Shown here in pieces: positions 38,047 to 52,440 of a stretch of DNA of 64,000 nt. Below the pieces are notes generated by a model that saw nothing but the letters and a program-made list of their open reading frames with translations, did no database searches and was not told where the DNA came from. This DNA comes from Octopus vulgaris (Eukaryota): positions 87,358,001-87,422,000 of the forward strand of contig OX597824.1 of NCBI GenBank assembly GCA_951406725.2, given 5' to 3'. How positions within the stretch are numbered: the first letter of the stretch is position 1; each line of letters opens with the position of its first letter. A program made the translations under genes and the position numbers.

Positions 38047-38861
38047 GCACGTGTGAGCATGTATGTGCATGTGTGTGTTTGCGTGTGTGTGTGTTCATTG
38101 GGAGGTTCACTGGTTCTATGTCTGTGTATGTGTTCTATGCCTGTGTATGTGTGTGTATGCCTGTGTGTGTGAAGTGTGTGCTTGCATGCGTGTGTGCATG
38201 TGTGTATGTGTGTGTGTGTGTGCATGTGTGTGCGTGTGTGTGTGTATGCGTGTGTGCAGGAAACAGGACACAACAATCATTAATAGGTTTAATTAGATTA
38301 TGATATTTGAGTAATATACAAATATCTGAGCCTAAATCAATAACGGAAAGTTAAACTCTTTTTCCTTCTCCGCCGACACCACCACCACCACCACCACCAC
38401 CTCCTTCCTCCTCCTCCTTACCCCACCTCCTTTCTCCTCCTCCAACCTCCTCCTCCCCTCCCTCCTTCCCCCCTTCCTTCTTGTTCTATCTCTTTAATCC
38501 TAATTTTTCAATTTATTTTTTTCTATCTTTCTCCTTTCATCTTTTACTTATTTCAGTCATTGGACTGTGGCCATGCTAGGGCATCACTTTGAAGGGTTTT
38601 AGTTAAACAAATTGACCCCCAGGACTTGTTGCTTTTTTTTTATTAAAAAAAAAAGTTCTGTTCTTGTTCTTCCGATGAACTACCAAGTTGCAGGGTCATA
38701 AACAAACCAACACCAGTTGCCAAATGGAGGTGGTGGTGGTGGTGGTGGGAGCCTACACACACATACAGATATGAGGTTCATTCCAGAAGTTTTGAGATTT
38801 TGTTTAGGAGAGGCAGTTATAACTGTCCTACATTATTGCCGATTCAGTATATCATTGAGGA

Positions 38862-39265
38862 GACCCCCTTTGGTCATAAATGACCCCCTTCGGTCATGAA
38901 TGACCCCCTTTGGTCATGAATGACCCCCTTCGGTCATGAATGACCCCCTTTGGTCATGAATGACCATGATGTTGCACCTAGAAATTTACCCTCCGAGGCA
39001 AAGTTGTTTATGGAAGGCCAGCAGTCGCCCATGCATACCAGCCTCCCTTCTTCACGTCGCCGATGTTATCCAGGGGAAAGGCAAAGGGGCCGACACAGCT
39101 TGGCACCAGTGACATCACAACCCTTTTCTACAGCTGAGTGAACTGGAGCAACATGAAATAAAGTGTCTTGCTCAAGAACACAACACGCAGCCTGGTCCAG
39201 GAATCGAACTCACAACCTCACGATCGTAAGCTCAACGCTCTAATCACTGAGCCATGTGCCTTCAC
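38862..39265 (-). mobile_element. SINE family F with tandemly amplified 20-21-bp 3' end
   Basis: GACCCCCTT(T/C)GGTCATGAAT repeated about five times at 38862-38964. Confidence 0.85.
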
Positions 39266-39473
39266 AGTATATTATTACAATACATCTAATAAGCTGACCT
39301 GCCAAAACCTGAAAGAGACAGCTGTAACAATGCTTTGAACACACCCTACTAAACACAGCTTGCCACAACTGATTAGTGTGCAGAATGCAAGACACCTTGG
39401 AAGATTGCTATGCAATGAAGTTTTGTGATAAACTGGACAAAAACACTCTCATCCTTTAAACCTGTATATATAT

Positions 39474-39691
39474 ATACACAAAATTTAGAGGACTGATCAC
39501 TAAAAATGGACAGCCTATATGCTAGATATAGATGTCAAAATTGCCATTTTCCACGAAGAATGTGTTCTCAAGAAAAATCTCAGCTGAGTTTTTGCTGACT
39601 TTTTTCGTTTTTTCTTGAGAACACATTCTTCATGGTAAATGGCGATTTTGATGTCCATTTTTAGTGGTCAGTCCTCTAAATTTTGTATGTA
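39474..39691. repeat. Fold-back inverted repeat next to (TA)n
   Basis: CAAAATTTAGAGGACTGATCACTAAAAATGGACA pairs with TGTCCATTTTTAGTGGTCAGTCCTCTAAATTTTG. GAAGAATGTGTTCTCAAGAAAAA pairs with TTTTTCTTGAGAACACATTCTTC. Confidence 0.85.
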
Positions 39692-40344
39692 AAATAATTT
39701 TTAATCTTCGGATTTTTAAATATGCTAGGCCACTGGTTTTAATTGATTAATATCAATTTCTATCCTTATTTTATTATATATATATATATATATATATATA
39801 AATATATAAATGGCGGTGCCCCAGCATGGCCACAGCTCATGAGCTGAAACTAGAGTCAATCAATCAATCATATATATCAAAATAAGCAACAAGGATGATA
39901 TCCTTGTTGCTTATTTTAATTTTAATCATCTTACTTTGAAATTGTATGGATAATACCATATTAAATTCTGGTGCCTCAACTTAAGTACCATATTCATCTG
40001 AATCTAAATTTCTTGCTGAACTCATCTACCATAGCCAAAATATATATATAATATAATATATATATATATATATACACACACATGTACATGCATAGGCCAA
40101 GGAAGTTATTTCAAAAAGCTTTTAAATTTCTCTATATAAATGCCATTAACTTTAAAAGGTTCCATGCTAATTTATGTTCCAAACACTGAGTAAGATTTAA
40201 TAGACCAATTTAGATGGTGAAACTTTACATTAAAGACTGGACCATACAATTTTCTGTAAAATTTCTCCATCTGTTTTGATAATAAACTATTATAATAAAG
40301 AAATTAGTGTAAAAATATCAGATGTGACATAAAAAAAAAAAAGA

Positions 40345-42260
40345 CTATTGTGTCTGAAATAATTGGAAAGTGGAAAATATTGCATCTTAAATAATAATAG
40401 AATAAAGACATATTCTATCTGGAATGGTTACTCTTTTACTCTTTTACTTGTTTCAGTCATTTCACTGTGGCCATGCTGGAGCACCGCCTTTAGTCGAGCA
40501 AATCGACCCCAGGACTTATTCTTTGTAAGCCCAGTACTTATTCTATCGGTCTCTTTTGCCGAACTGCTAAGTGACGGGGATGTACACACACCAGCATCGG
40601 TTGTCAAGCAATGCTAGGGGTACAAACACAGACACACAAACACACACACACACACATATATATATACATATATACGACAGGCTTCTTTCAGTTTCCGTCT
40701 ACCAAATCCACTCACAAGGCTTTGGTCGGCCCGGGGCTATAGTAGAAGACACTTGCCCAAGATGCCACGCAGTGGGACTGAACCCGGAACCATGTGGTTG
40801 GTAAACAAGCTACTTACCACACAGCCACTCCTGTTGAGGAGTAAATAAATATTATGTGCAGAAGACTTGGAAGGTGTGTCTGGAACAATTGCAGAGTAAA
40901 AGAATTAGACTGAAATAAACCAGATGCCACATAAAAACAAAGGAGAATCGTCTGGAATAATTGAAGAGCAAAGAGATATTGTCTCTGGAATGCTTAGAAA
41001 ATAAAGAAATGTCAACTAAGCCAGATGCTACATAAAAGATTTTGTATTGTGTCTGCAAGACTCTGAGAGTAAAGAGATATTGTGTGTAGGAGACTTGGAG
41101 GATGTGTGTGGCACAATTGTGGAATAAAAGATATTGTGTTTTAAATGATGTAAAGTGAAAGATATTTTCTGAAACAATTTGTAGAGTAATTGTCTGGAAA
41201 AGACAGAGGTAAAAGTTGTTGTGTTGGAAGAATTGGAAACTAAAGAAACAATGTGTCTGGAATAATTGGAGAGCAAAGATGTAATGTGTGAAGAAGGGTT
41301 GGAGAGTAAAGATATATTGTGTGAAGGAGGTTTGGAGAGTATATCTGGAACAGTTGGCTAGCAAAGAAAAAATTGTGTCTGGAACACTTAGAGGATGTGT
41401 CTATGAGAATTGAAGAGTGAAAATGTTGTGCCTGGAACAGCTGAAGGGAAAACACATGTATCTGAAACAGACGGACAACAAAAAAAAAAGTCTACACTAA
41501 TTGGAGAGAAAAAAATTAAGAGAGGTTTAAAGCAGCTGAAGCATAAAAAATGAAAATTGTCTGTGGAATGCTTTTTTACTCTTTTACTTGTTTCAGTCAT
41601 GTGACTGTGGCCATGCTGGAGCACTGCCTTTAGTCAAGCAAATCGACCCCGGAGCTTATTCTTTGGACGTTTAGTACTTATTTTATCAGTCACTTTTGCC
41701 GAGCTGCTAAGTTACAGAGACGTAAATACACCAGCATCGGTTGTCAAGCAATGTTGGGGGAACAAATACAGACACACACATATATATACGACAGGCTTCT
41801 TTCAGTTTCAGTCTACCAAATCCACTCACAAGGCTTTGATCGGCCTGAGGCTATAGTAGAAGACACTTGCCCAAGGTGCCATGCAGTGGGACTGAACCCG
41901 AAACCATGTGGTTGGTAAGCAAGCTACTTACCACACAGCCACTCCTACGCCTATAATTAAAAAGTTGTTGTGTCTAGAAGACTTGGAGAGCAAAGACATT
42001 GTGTGAAGATTTCGATGGTATGTTTGAAGCAGTGAAAAGTGAAAAGTGATAAATGTCTGAGACGTTTGAAGAGTTATTGTATCTGGAAAAGTTAGAGAAT
42101 AAAGAAATGAATGGGAAATAAACAGATGCTACATGAAAAAAATGAAAATTGCGTGTGGAATAATTGAAGAGAAAAGAGATAATTGTGTCTGGAAGACTTG
42201 TAGAATGAACAATTGAAGAATGAAAAAAAATATTCTATCTAAAACAATTAATTCCATTAA
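40345..42260. repeat. Old degenerate minisatellite (ATTGTGTCTGGAA motif) interrupted by two B SINEs (40428-40833, 41572-41953, both -)
   Basis: Many variants of GATATTGTGTCTGGAA(T/C)AATTG(G/A)AGAG recur at roughly 20-35-bp spacing. Confidence 0.65.
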
Positions 42261-45063
42261 TTATAGAATAAACAAATAATGTGTTATCTTTTGTCTATCG
42301 TTTGTTTTAGGCATTGGACTGTGGCCATGCTGGGGCACTACCTTGAAGGAGTTGGTCAAACAAACTGACTTCAGTGCTTATCGTTTTAAAGTCTGGTACT
42401 TATTCTGTCGGACTCTTTTGTCAAGCCGCTAAGTTACAGGAATGTAAACAAACCAACACTGGTTGTCAAGTGGTGTGGGGACAAACTCAAAGAAACACAC
42501 GCATACATACATGCATGCATACATACAGGCATAGACACATGCACGCGCACATATATATATGTATATATATGCATGTATGTATGTATATATGTATATATGT
42601 TTTTATGTGTGTATGTATATATATACATAAAAACATGTAACTTATATATATCTTGGTTTATAAATATTCATATTAAAATTCAGAAAATAGAGAACTAGCA
42701 TTAATATAGTTTATTAACTGCAAAAATTCAACATATTCCCTTACAGCTGTTTCGATTTATATAATATTTATATTATATATATCCAAGAACTTTGGGACAA
42801 ATTGGCCAACAGTTGAAATTCAACTTGTGACTGGAACAATAGAATGATTGCATTACAGAATTAATTCTCATCCGTCCTGAACCTCTGCTCAAACACCACC
42901 AGGGCATATAGTCATTAAAGACCTTGTTATAATCAAGCTATTTAGCTCTCTTTAGTTTTGGGCTGCAAATCTAATCAGCCCACTGCAGGATCTAGCTTAA
43001 AAGTCTGCAAAGAGCACGGCTTTTAAGCTAGTGCTTAATAATAATGTAAATAAATAAGCTTTACATTTGACAGAAAAATTTGAATATTAAAGGGTTGAGA
43101 TTTCCAAGGAAGGCCATATGTGAGTGAACTATGAAAACAGCCAGAAATCAACGACATTAATTAGCCTTATGTGAAATTTTGAAATGCAGCTCTGCTGATT
43201 TCCTGATATAACGAGAAGGATTTTGAATAGCTGTATGAGTAAAAAGTTTGATTGCACAGTTGATGTGTTGGATAAATCTTGGAAGAAATTGATTCTGACA
43301 GGTCGGAGGATGATGTGCCTCGAAGAGACGAGATTGAAGTACGCTGACATCTATTGGTATTGTTGGTTTGTATGAGTTTGTGTTGGTGCGGAAAAATTAT
43401 CACTGAAATGATAGGGACGTCGTTGATGGTGTTGGGGTGGGGGGTGGGGGGAATAACAGCGGAACTGGTAATGATGGCAAAGGTGATTATGATGACGATA
43501 GAGACGATAATAAGGAGGAGGAGGAGGAGGAGGAAGAGGAAGTAAAGGAGAAGCAGGGAGAGGTAAGAAGAAGAGGAGGAGAGGCACAACAACAGCAAAA
43601 GCAGTGGTGGTGGTGGTGGTGGTGGTGGCAGTAGTAGTAGTGGTAGTAGTAGCAGCAGCAGTAGCAGCAACAACAGAAGCAGCAGCAGTGGGGGTAGCAG
43701 GGATAGCAGTGGTGGTGATGATGGTGATGATGGTGGAGGAGGAGGATGAGAACAACAGCAGCAGTAGCAGTAGCGGTAGTAGTAGTAGTAGTTGTTGTTG
43801 TTGTAGTAGTAGTAGTTATTGTAGTAGTAGTGGAAAAGGTGATGACTTGTGAGAAGGAGGTAGAAGATGGATTGAGAGGGAGACGAAGAGAAGGGTGATT
43901 ATTTTTAGTGACAACGTCAAAGATGGCAGCCACAATGCGATGGGCAATTATGATGATGACGATGACAATGGCAATGGCGACGATGACGATGATGATGGTT
44001 GTGACGGTGGGAGTGATTTAGGTGATGGCAGTGGTGTTGTGGCGGTGGGTGTGACGATGGTGTTGATGGTGGTTATGATGATGGTGATGATGATGATCGT
44101 GATGGTGGCGGTGGTGTTGGCAGAAGTGGTGGTGATGGTGGTGGTGGTAGTGGTGTTGTTGTTGTTGGTGGTGGTGGTGATGATGATGGTGGTGGTGGTG
44201 GTGATGATGATGGTGGTGGTGATGATGATGGTGGTGGTGATGATGGTGGTGGTGGTGGTGGTGATGGTGGTGGTGGTGGTGGTGGTGGTGGTGGTGATGA
44301 TGGTGGTGGTGGTGATGGTGGTGATGGTGGTGGTGGTTTTGGTGATGGTGGCGGTGGCGGTGGTGGTGATGCTGGTGATAATGATGAAGACTGATGAGAT
44401 TGATTACGATAGTGATGACGATGGTGGTGGTGGTGGTAGTGGTGATGGTAGTGGTGGTGGTGGTGGGGGCGGTAGTGGGGGGCGGGGTTACGATTTGTCC
44501 ACTGTACATTTACGGACCGACCGGACCTGCTCCTGCTCCCTGCTCGGCTGTTTCAAATAATCACCTTCCAAAACAAGATCAACACCAATAAAGCAGCAGC
44601 AGCAGCAGCCGTAGCAGCAGCAGCAGCAGTTATATGTTTTTTTTTTGTTTGTTTCCTCTTTTATTTCTTTTATGATGTTTTTTCTTGTAATTAGACATTT
44701 GAAGAGGTGCTGATAAGTTTTTGTTCAATTCTCTTCTCCTCCGCCAACCATTCTTAGTCTAAGACGCAGGAAGGAAGGAAGGAAGGAAGAGAGGAAGGAA
44801 GGAAGGTGCCATTAAAAACGTCTCAGGAATAAACTGCTTCGGTGACAGCTGATAGGACTTAGCACAGTTTATTGACTTCTTGTTTGTTCTTCATAAGACA
44901 TGTCTTTGGTAGCAGGCAATTTCTCTCAAACAGCAAAGCCTGTCAGTCTGCCTGTCAGTCAGCCACTCAGGAAATATTAACAACAACAACAACAACAATA
45001 ATAATGATAATAATAATGATGATGATAATAATAATGATGATGATAATAATAATAATAATAATA

Positions 45064-45095
<32 letters not shown>

Positions 45096-45354
45096 AATAA
45101 TGATAATAATAATAATGATAATGATAATAATAATAATAATGATAATAAAATAATAATAATTATAATAATAATAATAATAATAATGATGATGATGATGATG
45201 ATGATGATAATGATGATGATGATGATGATGATAATGATAATAATGATAATAATAATAATAATAATGATGATGATGATGATGATGATGATAATAATGATAA
45301 TAATAATAATGATAATGATAATAATAATAATAATGATAATAAAATAATAATAAT

Positions 45355-45392
<38 letters not shown>

Positions 45393-45454
45393 TGATGATG
45401 ATGATGATAATGATGATGATGATGATGATGATGATAATGATAATAATAATAATG

Positions 45455-46060
<606 letters not shown>

Positions 46061-46203
46061 TGATAAACAAAACTGTACTTAGAGACTGCAAGAGGAAGAA
46101 AAGTAACTTAGCCATGCCATGGATCGACTATCGTAAGGCATACGATATGATCCCACATTCTTGGATTATGGAGTGTATGAACCTATTTGGTATTGCATCG
46201 AAT
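46061..46203 (+). pseudogene. Reverse-transcriptase fragment of a Dong/R4-clade element
   Basis: INKTVLRDCKRKKSNLAMPWIDYRKAYDMIPHSWIMECM contains the RT motif WIDY.KAYD..PHSW. It starts directly after (AAT)n. Confidence 0.85.
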
Positions 46204-46228
46204 TCAATACCAAATACCAAACATATAC

Positions 46229-46281
<53 letters not shown>

Positions 46282-46657
46282 CATATATATGACAGGCTTC
46301 TTTCAGTTTCCGTCTACCAAATCCACTCACAAGGCATTGGTCAGCCCAAGGCTATAGTAGAAGACACTTGCCCAAGGTGCCACACAGTGGGATTGAACCC
46401 GGAACCATGTGGTTGGTAAGCAAGATACTTACCGCACAGCCACACCTGCGCCTATTTCTGTGTAATTATCCTTCTGATGGTGCCACTAACTTCTTTTACC
46501 GGTGACACCAAGTCTGGGGCACCAAGTCACACAGCGACACCCTAAAATTTTTCTCTGGTCTTATTTTTGCCTTCAAGCAAACATTCGCTCCTTGCGTCTG
46601 CTGCAATGAGAAATGAGGGAAAAAATTCTTTGCCATTACAGCTAATGATGTCGTTGC

Positions 46658-46691
<34 letters not shown>

Positions 46692-46799
46692 CATTGTTAT
46701 TGGTATTGCTGGTGTTGTTGCCGTTTCTCATGATGCAGCTTCCTTAGTCACCTTGGGGAGTCTCAGAAGGATTGGCATCTGAATTTCTGCCCTCCCGTT

Positions 46800-46865
46800 G
46801 AAGGAGAAGAAGAAGAAGACGATGACGAAGAAGAAGAAGAAGAAGAAGAAGAAGAAGAAGAATGA

Positions 46866-46897
<32 letters not shown>

Positions 46898-47200
46898 AGG
46901 AGGAAGAGGAGGGGGAGGAGATGAATGAGGAGGAGGAGGAGGAGGAGGAGAAGAAGAAGAAGAAGAAGAAGAAGAAGAAGAAGAAGAAGAAGAAGAAGAA
47001 GAAGAAGAAGAAGGAGGAGGAGGAGGAGGAGGAGGAGAAGAAGAAGAAGAAGAAGAAGACGAAGAAGACAGTGTCGTTTGTGAGTGTGATGGTGATGACA
47101 ATTTTACTTTCTTCTTCTTCTTCTTCTTCTTCTTCTTCTTCTTCACCTTCTTCTTCTTCTTCTTCTTCTTCTTCTTCTTCTTCTTCTTCTTCTGCTTCTT
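46800..47200. repeat. (GAA/GGA)n tract followed by an inverted (TTC)n tract
   Basis: 46800-47068 is a purine tract and 47108-47200 is its complement. Confidence 0.95.
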
Positions 47201-47329
47201 CAGAAAGAACATGGTTGCTGCATAAGTTTGTAAAAGCAGTGTCCCTCATGAGGTAGGTGGGGAAGGTGCTGTGAGAACTCAAAAGGTGGTGGTGTGGGGT
47301 GAGTCGAGGGAGCAGACAATTTGCTATGT

Positions 47330-47394
<65 letters not shown>

Positions 47395-47544
47395 AAATGA
47401 TGGTGCTAAATTTTTATTAATTCGTCCAAAACTGTAACAAAAGAAGAAAAATTATTACAGATGCAAAACCTTTTGTCTTCTCAGTAATAAAGAAGGAAAG
47501 TTGGCATAAAATTTCACCATTATTTAATAAGGAAGACTAGAATT

Positions 47545-48008
47545 TATCAATTTAAAACAACCATATTCAGCCAAAATATTCAACCTGTTTTATATTCAAA
47601 CCTACCAGATCATATTCTACAATTTCATTCTCAATAATGAAGAATTACATCATTGGAATCTCAGAGCTATGAGATAAGGCATGATTATTTCAAAATTATG
47701 TGAATAAATAATCATTACATTTGACAGAGTAGTCTGAATGCTAAAGGGTTAACCTTTTCGTTACCAACCCAGCTAAAACTGGCTCTGGCTTTGTAGTACA
47801 AATGTCTTGTTTTCAAAAGTTTTGAATTAAAATCTCTTACCAAACCTTAGTCACAATTTATGTTCCTAACACTAGCTGAATGATAACTAAGTTATTTTAC
47901 TAAATTCTTTGTTATATTTAAAGTAATTGAAAGAAACACCGAGCATCTCAAATGGCTGAAACCGACTCTGGCTCTGTAGTACAAATGTCTTGTTTTCAAA
48001 AGTTCTGT
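47545..48008 (+). mobile_element. Abutting piggyBac-like MITEs H and D sharing one TTAA (47749-47752)
   Basis: ...GAATGCTAAAGGG-TTAA-CCTTTTCGTTACC. The D copy begins a second tandem unit at about 47950. Confidence 0.8.
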
Positions 48009-48014
48009 AGCATT

Positions 48015-48350
48015 CAGGTGAGTCTGGAGGCAAATGGCTTAGTGGTTAAGGTGTCGGATCCCTCGGTGTGACACTCAGGTGAGTGTGGAGGCACATGGCT
48101 TAGTAGTTAAGGTATCGGACTCGTGATCGTAAGATTGAGGTTTCGATTCCTGGACTGGGCAGTGCCTTGTGCTTTTCAGCAAAACACTTCACTTCACGTT
48201 GCTTCAGTCCACTCACCAGGTAAAGGTGAGTAATCGTGTGATGGACTGGCTTCCCATCCAGGTGAAGAATTTATAAACTACACAAACCAAGAAACCAGCC
48301 CTGCTGTACTCTTTCACCACAACTTTCTCTCACTCTTTCTTCCTACTTCT
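48015..48350 (+). mobile_element. Decayed family E-related SINE with duplicated head
   Basis: CAGGTGAGT.TGGAGGCA.ATGGCTTAGT occurs twice, with GATGGACTGGCTTCCCATCCAGG downstream. Confidence 0.65.
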
Positions 48351-49479
48351 GCCAGAAAGCAGAGGAACCATGGTGTAACCCACTATGGTGTGGTAAACTT
48401 TCAGACCCTAGTCTAGATTGCGAATCCTCTGTACAACATGATGGTTCAGCTCTCCACCCGTTAAAAGCCACCGTTTACGGAATGAGGATAACAACGTAGC
48501 TTTCGCGCCCGTGCAACCGCCAGTCTTTCGCGTGTGGTGGGTGGACGCATTCTTAGTACCTTAGAGTAGGCTCGAATTAGAGATTATTCTTTGTGGCTAA
48601 TGGCGTGAGTCCTGATTGGAAGAAGAAGAAGAAGAAGAAGAAGAAGAAGAAGAAGAAGAAGAAGAAGAAGAAGAAGAGGAGGAGGAGGAGGAAGGTGGAG
48701 AAGGAGGAGGAGGAGGCGAAGAAGAAGAAGAAGAAGAAGAGGAGGAGGAGAAGGAGGAAGATGGAGGAGGAGGAGGAGGAAGATGGAGGAGGAAGAGAAG
48801 AAGGAGAAGAAGGAGAAGAAGAAGATGAAGAAGACAACAACGATGGTGATGGTGACGATTAATTCTATAGAGTGAGGCAATGTCTGTCATATACTTTCAC
48901 TTAGTGTCTCTCGTCAGTGGTGGTGGTGGTGCTGGGGAGGGTAGAGCGAAGTGACAGAATCACCAAAGCTCAAATCTCACGAGAGTCACATTCGTCTTTC
49001 AATTCTTTCAGGGGTCAATGAAAAATGAAAATATCAATAAACCACCAGAATCGATATATTTGACTCCAAACCCCCTCAAAAAAAAAAAAAAAAAAATGGA
49101 AAGTCTATGGCCTTGCGCCAACATTAGAAGCGAATATTAGATAAAAACAGCTATTATTTCCATGCCTAGATGGTCAGTGAGTTTTTCCGTTTAACCTTCA
49201 TTGCTAATTTAATAGAAAATCAAATATTGGTTTCTATCTCCTACCTATTTTTGTTAGTTGTTTGTTTATTTAAAACTTCATTTTATTCTGTTTTATTTAT
49301 ACTTTATTTTATTTGTTACATCTTGCTTGTGTTATTTAATTAGAAATAAATGGAAGTTTGTCAATTCGGTTTTTGAAATATAATCTATTCCGGTGTATAT
49401 TCGTTACAAGTGAAATATAGAATGGAGAGGAGGAGGAGAAAGACAGCAAAAAAACACTTTGATGTTCTCTCTCCCCACC

Positions 49480-49645
49480 TGTCTCTGTTTGTCTGTCTGT
49501 CTCTCTCTCTCCCCCTGTCTCTGTCTCTCTCTCCCTCTGCCTCTCTATATGTCTGTCTCTGTGTCTCTCTCTCACTTTATCTATCTATCTATCTATCTCT
49601 ATCTATCTATCTATCTATCTATCTGTCTATCTGTCTATCTGTCTG

Positions 49646-49679
<34 letters not shown>

Positions 49680-49970
49680 AATCTATCTATCTATCTATCA
49701 TCTATCTATCATCTATCTATCTATCTATCTATCTATCTACCTATCTATCTATCTATCTACCTATCTACCTATCTATATATCTATATATCTATCTATCTAT
49801 CTATGCATGTATGTATGTATGTATGTATGCATGTATGTATGTATGTATGTATGTATGTATGTATGTATCTATCTATCTATCTATTCATCATCTATCTATG
49901 CATCTATCTATCTATCTATCTATCTCTCTATGCATGTATGTATGTATGTATGTATGTATGTATCTATCTA

Positions 49971-50002
<32 letters not shown>

Positions 50003-50037
50003 TCTATCTAACTATCTATCTATCTATCTATCTGTCA

Positions 50038-50100
<63 letters not shown>

Positions 50101-50125
50101 CATCCATCCATCCATCTATCTATCT
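49480..50125. repeat. (TC)n/(TATC)n/(TATG)n compound microsatellite
   Basis: Direct reading. Confidence 0.95.
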
Positions 50126-50694
50126 ATTTATTTCTTGCAAACACTACCTAGACAGACATTAGATTACCGTAACTCAATCTTAGCAACTACTGTAAACAGA
50201 TACATCAATATTGGTGACTAGATAACTCTACTGTTCTTTCTTCTATTTAATATTCTTATTGGAAAGATTGGAAAATTTATGCCAACATGCAGAAGGTTAC
50301 AAGAAACTTTAGTAATATGAACCAATGGAAAAAAAATAACAGCAGAGAACAGAAGAGAACATCGTCCTGTCTCTTGATACTCCAAGGAAACCGTATTTCT
50401 ACATTTCGTTCTAGATCATGCTGACAACATTTGATTTGATGTCTATTTATATATTTGATTTGCTACATGTACAGACATTCTAAAACATGTATGGTCTCCT
50501 ACATACATGTCATACACTAACATGTACACATAATACACTCACATACACCATTATGTGCTTGCATATATGCCTCACACACTAACACATGCACATAGGCAAC
50601 GCACACTCATACACTGGTGTCATACGCTAACACATCCACTTGCACGCATGCATAGATATGCATATATACACATGCACAGAGATTGGTGTCTGGT

Positions 50695-51280
50695 GCAGCC
50701 ATGCTGGAGCACCACCTTTTAGTCAAACAAAATCGACCCCAGGACTTATTCTTTGTAAGCTTAGTACTTATTCTATCCGTCTCTTTTTGCCAAACCGCTA
50801 AGTTACAGGGACGTAAACAGAACAACACCGGTTGTCAAACAATGGTGGGGAGACAAACACAGACACACAAACATATACATATACATATACATACACATAC
50901 ATATATGTGTATATATATATATATATACGTGCCGGTGGCACGTAAAAGCACCGACTACACTCATGGAGTGGTTGGCGTTAGGAAGGGCATCCAGCTGTAG
51001 AAATTCTGTCAGATCAGACTGGAGCCTGGTGCAGCCATCTGGTTCGCCAGACGTCAGTCAAATCGTCCAACCCATGCTAGCATGGAAAGCGGACGTTAAA
51101 CGACGACGATGATGATGATGATGATACACATTACGTGGTAAGTAGCTTGCTTACCAACCACATGGTTCCGGGTTCAGTCCCACTGTGTGGCACCTTGGGC
51201 AAGTGTCTTCTACTATAGCTTCGGGTTGACCAAAACCTTGTGAGTGGATTTGGTAGACGGAAACTGAAAGAAACCCCATG

Positions 51281-51320
<40 letters not shown>

Positions 51321-51574
51321 TGTGCTTGTGTTTGTCCCTCCCCCCCAATCAACATCACTTGACATGCGATGCTGGTGTGTTTTCGTCCCCTGTAACCTAG
51401 CGGTTCGGCAAAAAGAGTCAAATAGAATAAGTACTAGGTTTACAAAGAATAAGTCCTGGGGTCGATTTGCTCGACCAAAAGGTGGTGCTCCAGCATGGCT
51501 GCAGTCAAATGACTAAAACATGTAAAAGAATAAAAGAATACACACACACACACAAACACATACCCACACATACA

Positions 51575-51633
<59 letters not shown>

Positions 51634-52406
51634 ATGAATGAATTTATTTACTTATATATATATATATATGTATGTATGTATATACAACGGACTTCTTTCC
51701 GCTTCCATCTACTAAATCCACTCGCAAAGCTTTGGTCAGCTCAAAGCTATAGCAGAAGACACTTGCCCAAGGTCCCACACAGTGGGGCTGAACCTGAAAC
51801 CATGTGCTTGGGAAGCAAGCTTCTAACCACACACCCACACCTGTGCCTATAATAACAGTAATATTGTTATTTGTTTCAAATTGGTTCATTTTGAAATATT
51901 TCCAATTTATAAAAAATATTTTTTTAAATTCCATTTTCATTTTTTTGTGCTTTTAGTCTCTCAATGAAATCGAAATTTTAATAATTTAATATTTTTTTCT
52001 AAAAAAAAAATTGCTATATTTTTAAAAAGCCAAAAAGGTTTTACTCCTCACATTCATATTTTTTCTTTTGCTTATTTTATTTTTTTGTTTGATCTTGTAT
52101 CTAGTTTCAGTCATTGGACTGCAGCCATCCTGGAGCATGACCTTCCAATGGTTTAGTTGTACAAATTGACCCCCACCCCCCCACCACTCTTTTACTCATT
52201 TACTTGTTTCAGTCATTTGACGGCGGCCATGCTGGAGCACCGCCTTTAGTTAAGCAAAATCGACCCCAGGACTTATTCTTTGTAAGCCTAGTACTTATTC
52301 TATCGGTCTCTTTTGCCAAACCACTAAGTTACGGGGACATAAACACACCAGCATCGGTTGTCAAGCAATGTTGGAGGGATAAACACAGACACACAAACAC
52401 ATACAC

Positions 52407-52440
<34 letters not shown>

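Noticed and set aside
40852-41570. CRISPR-like conserved motif with variable spacers, and a 170-aa ORF
   Set aside because: The motif is short and degenerate with irregular spacing. The ORF reflects compositional bias.
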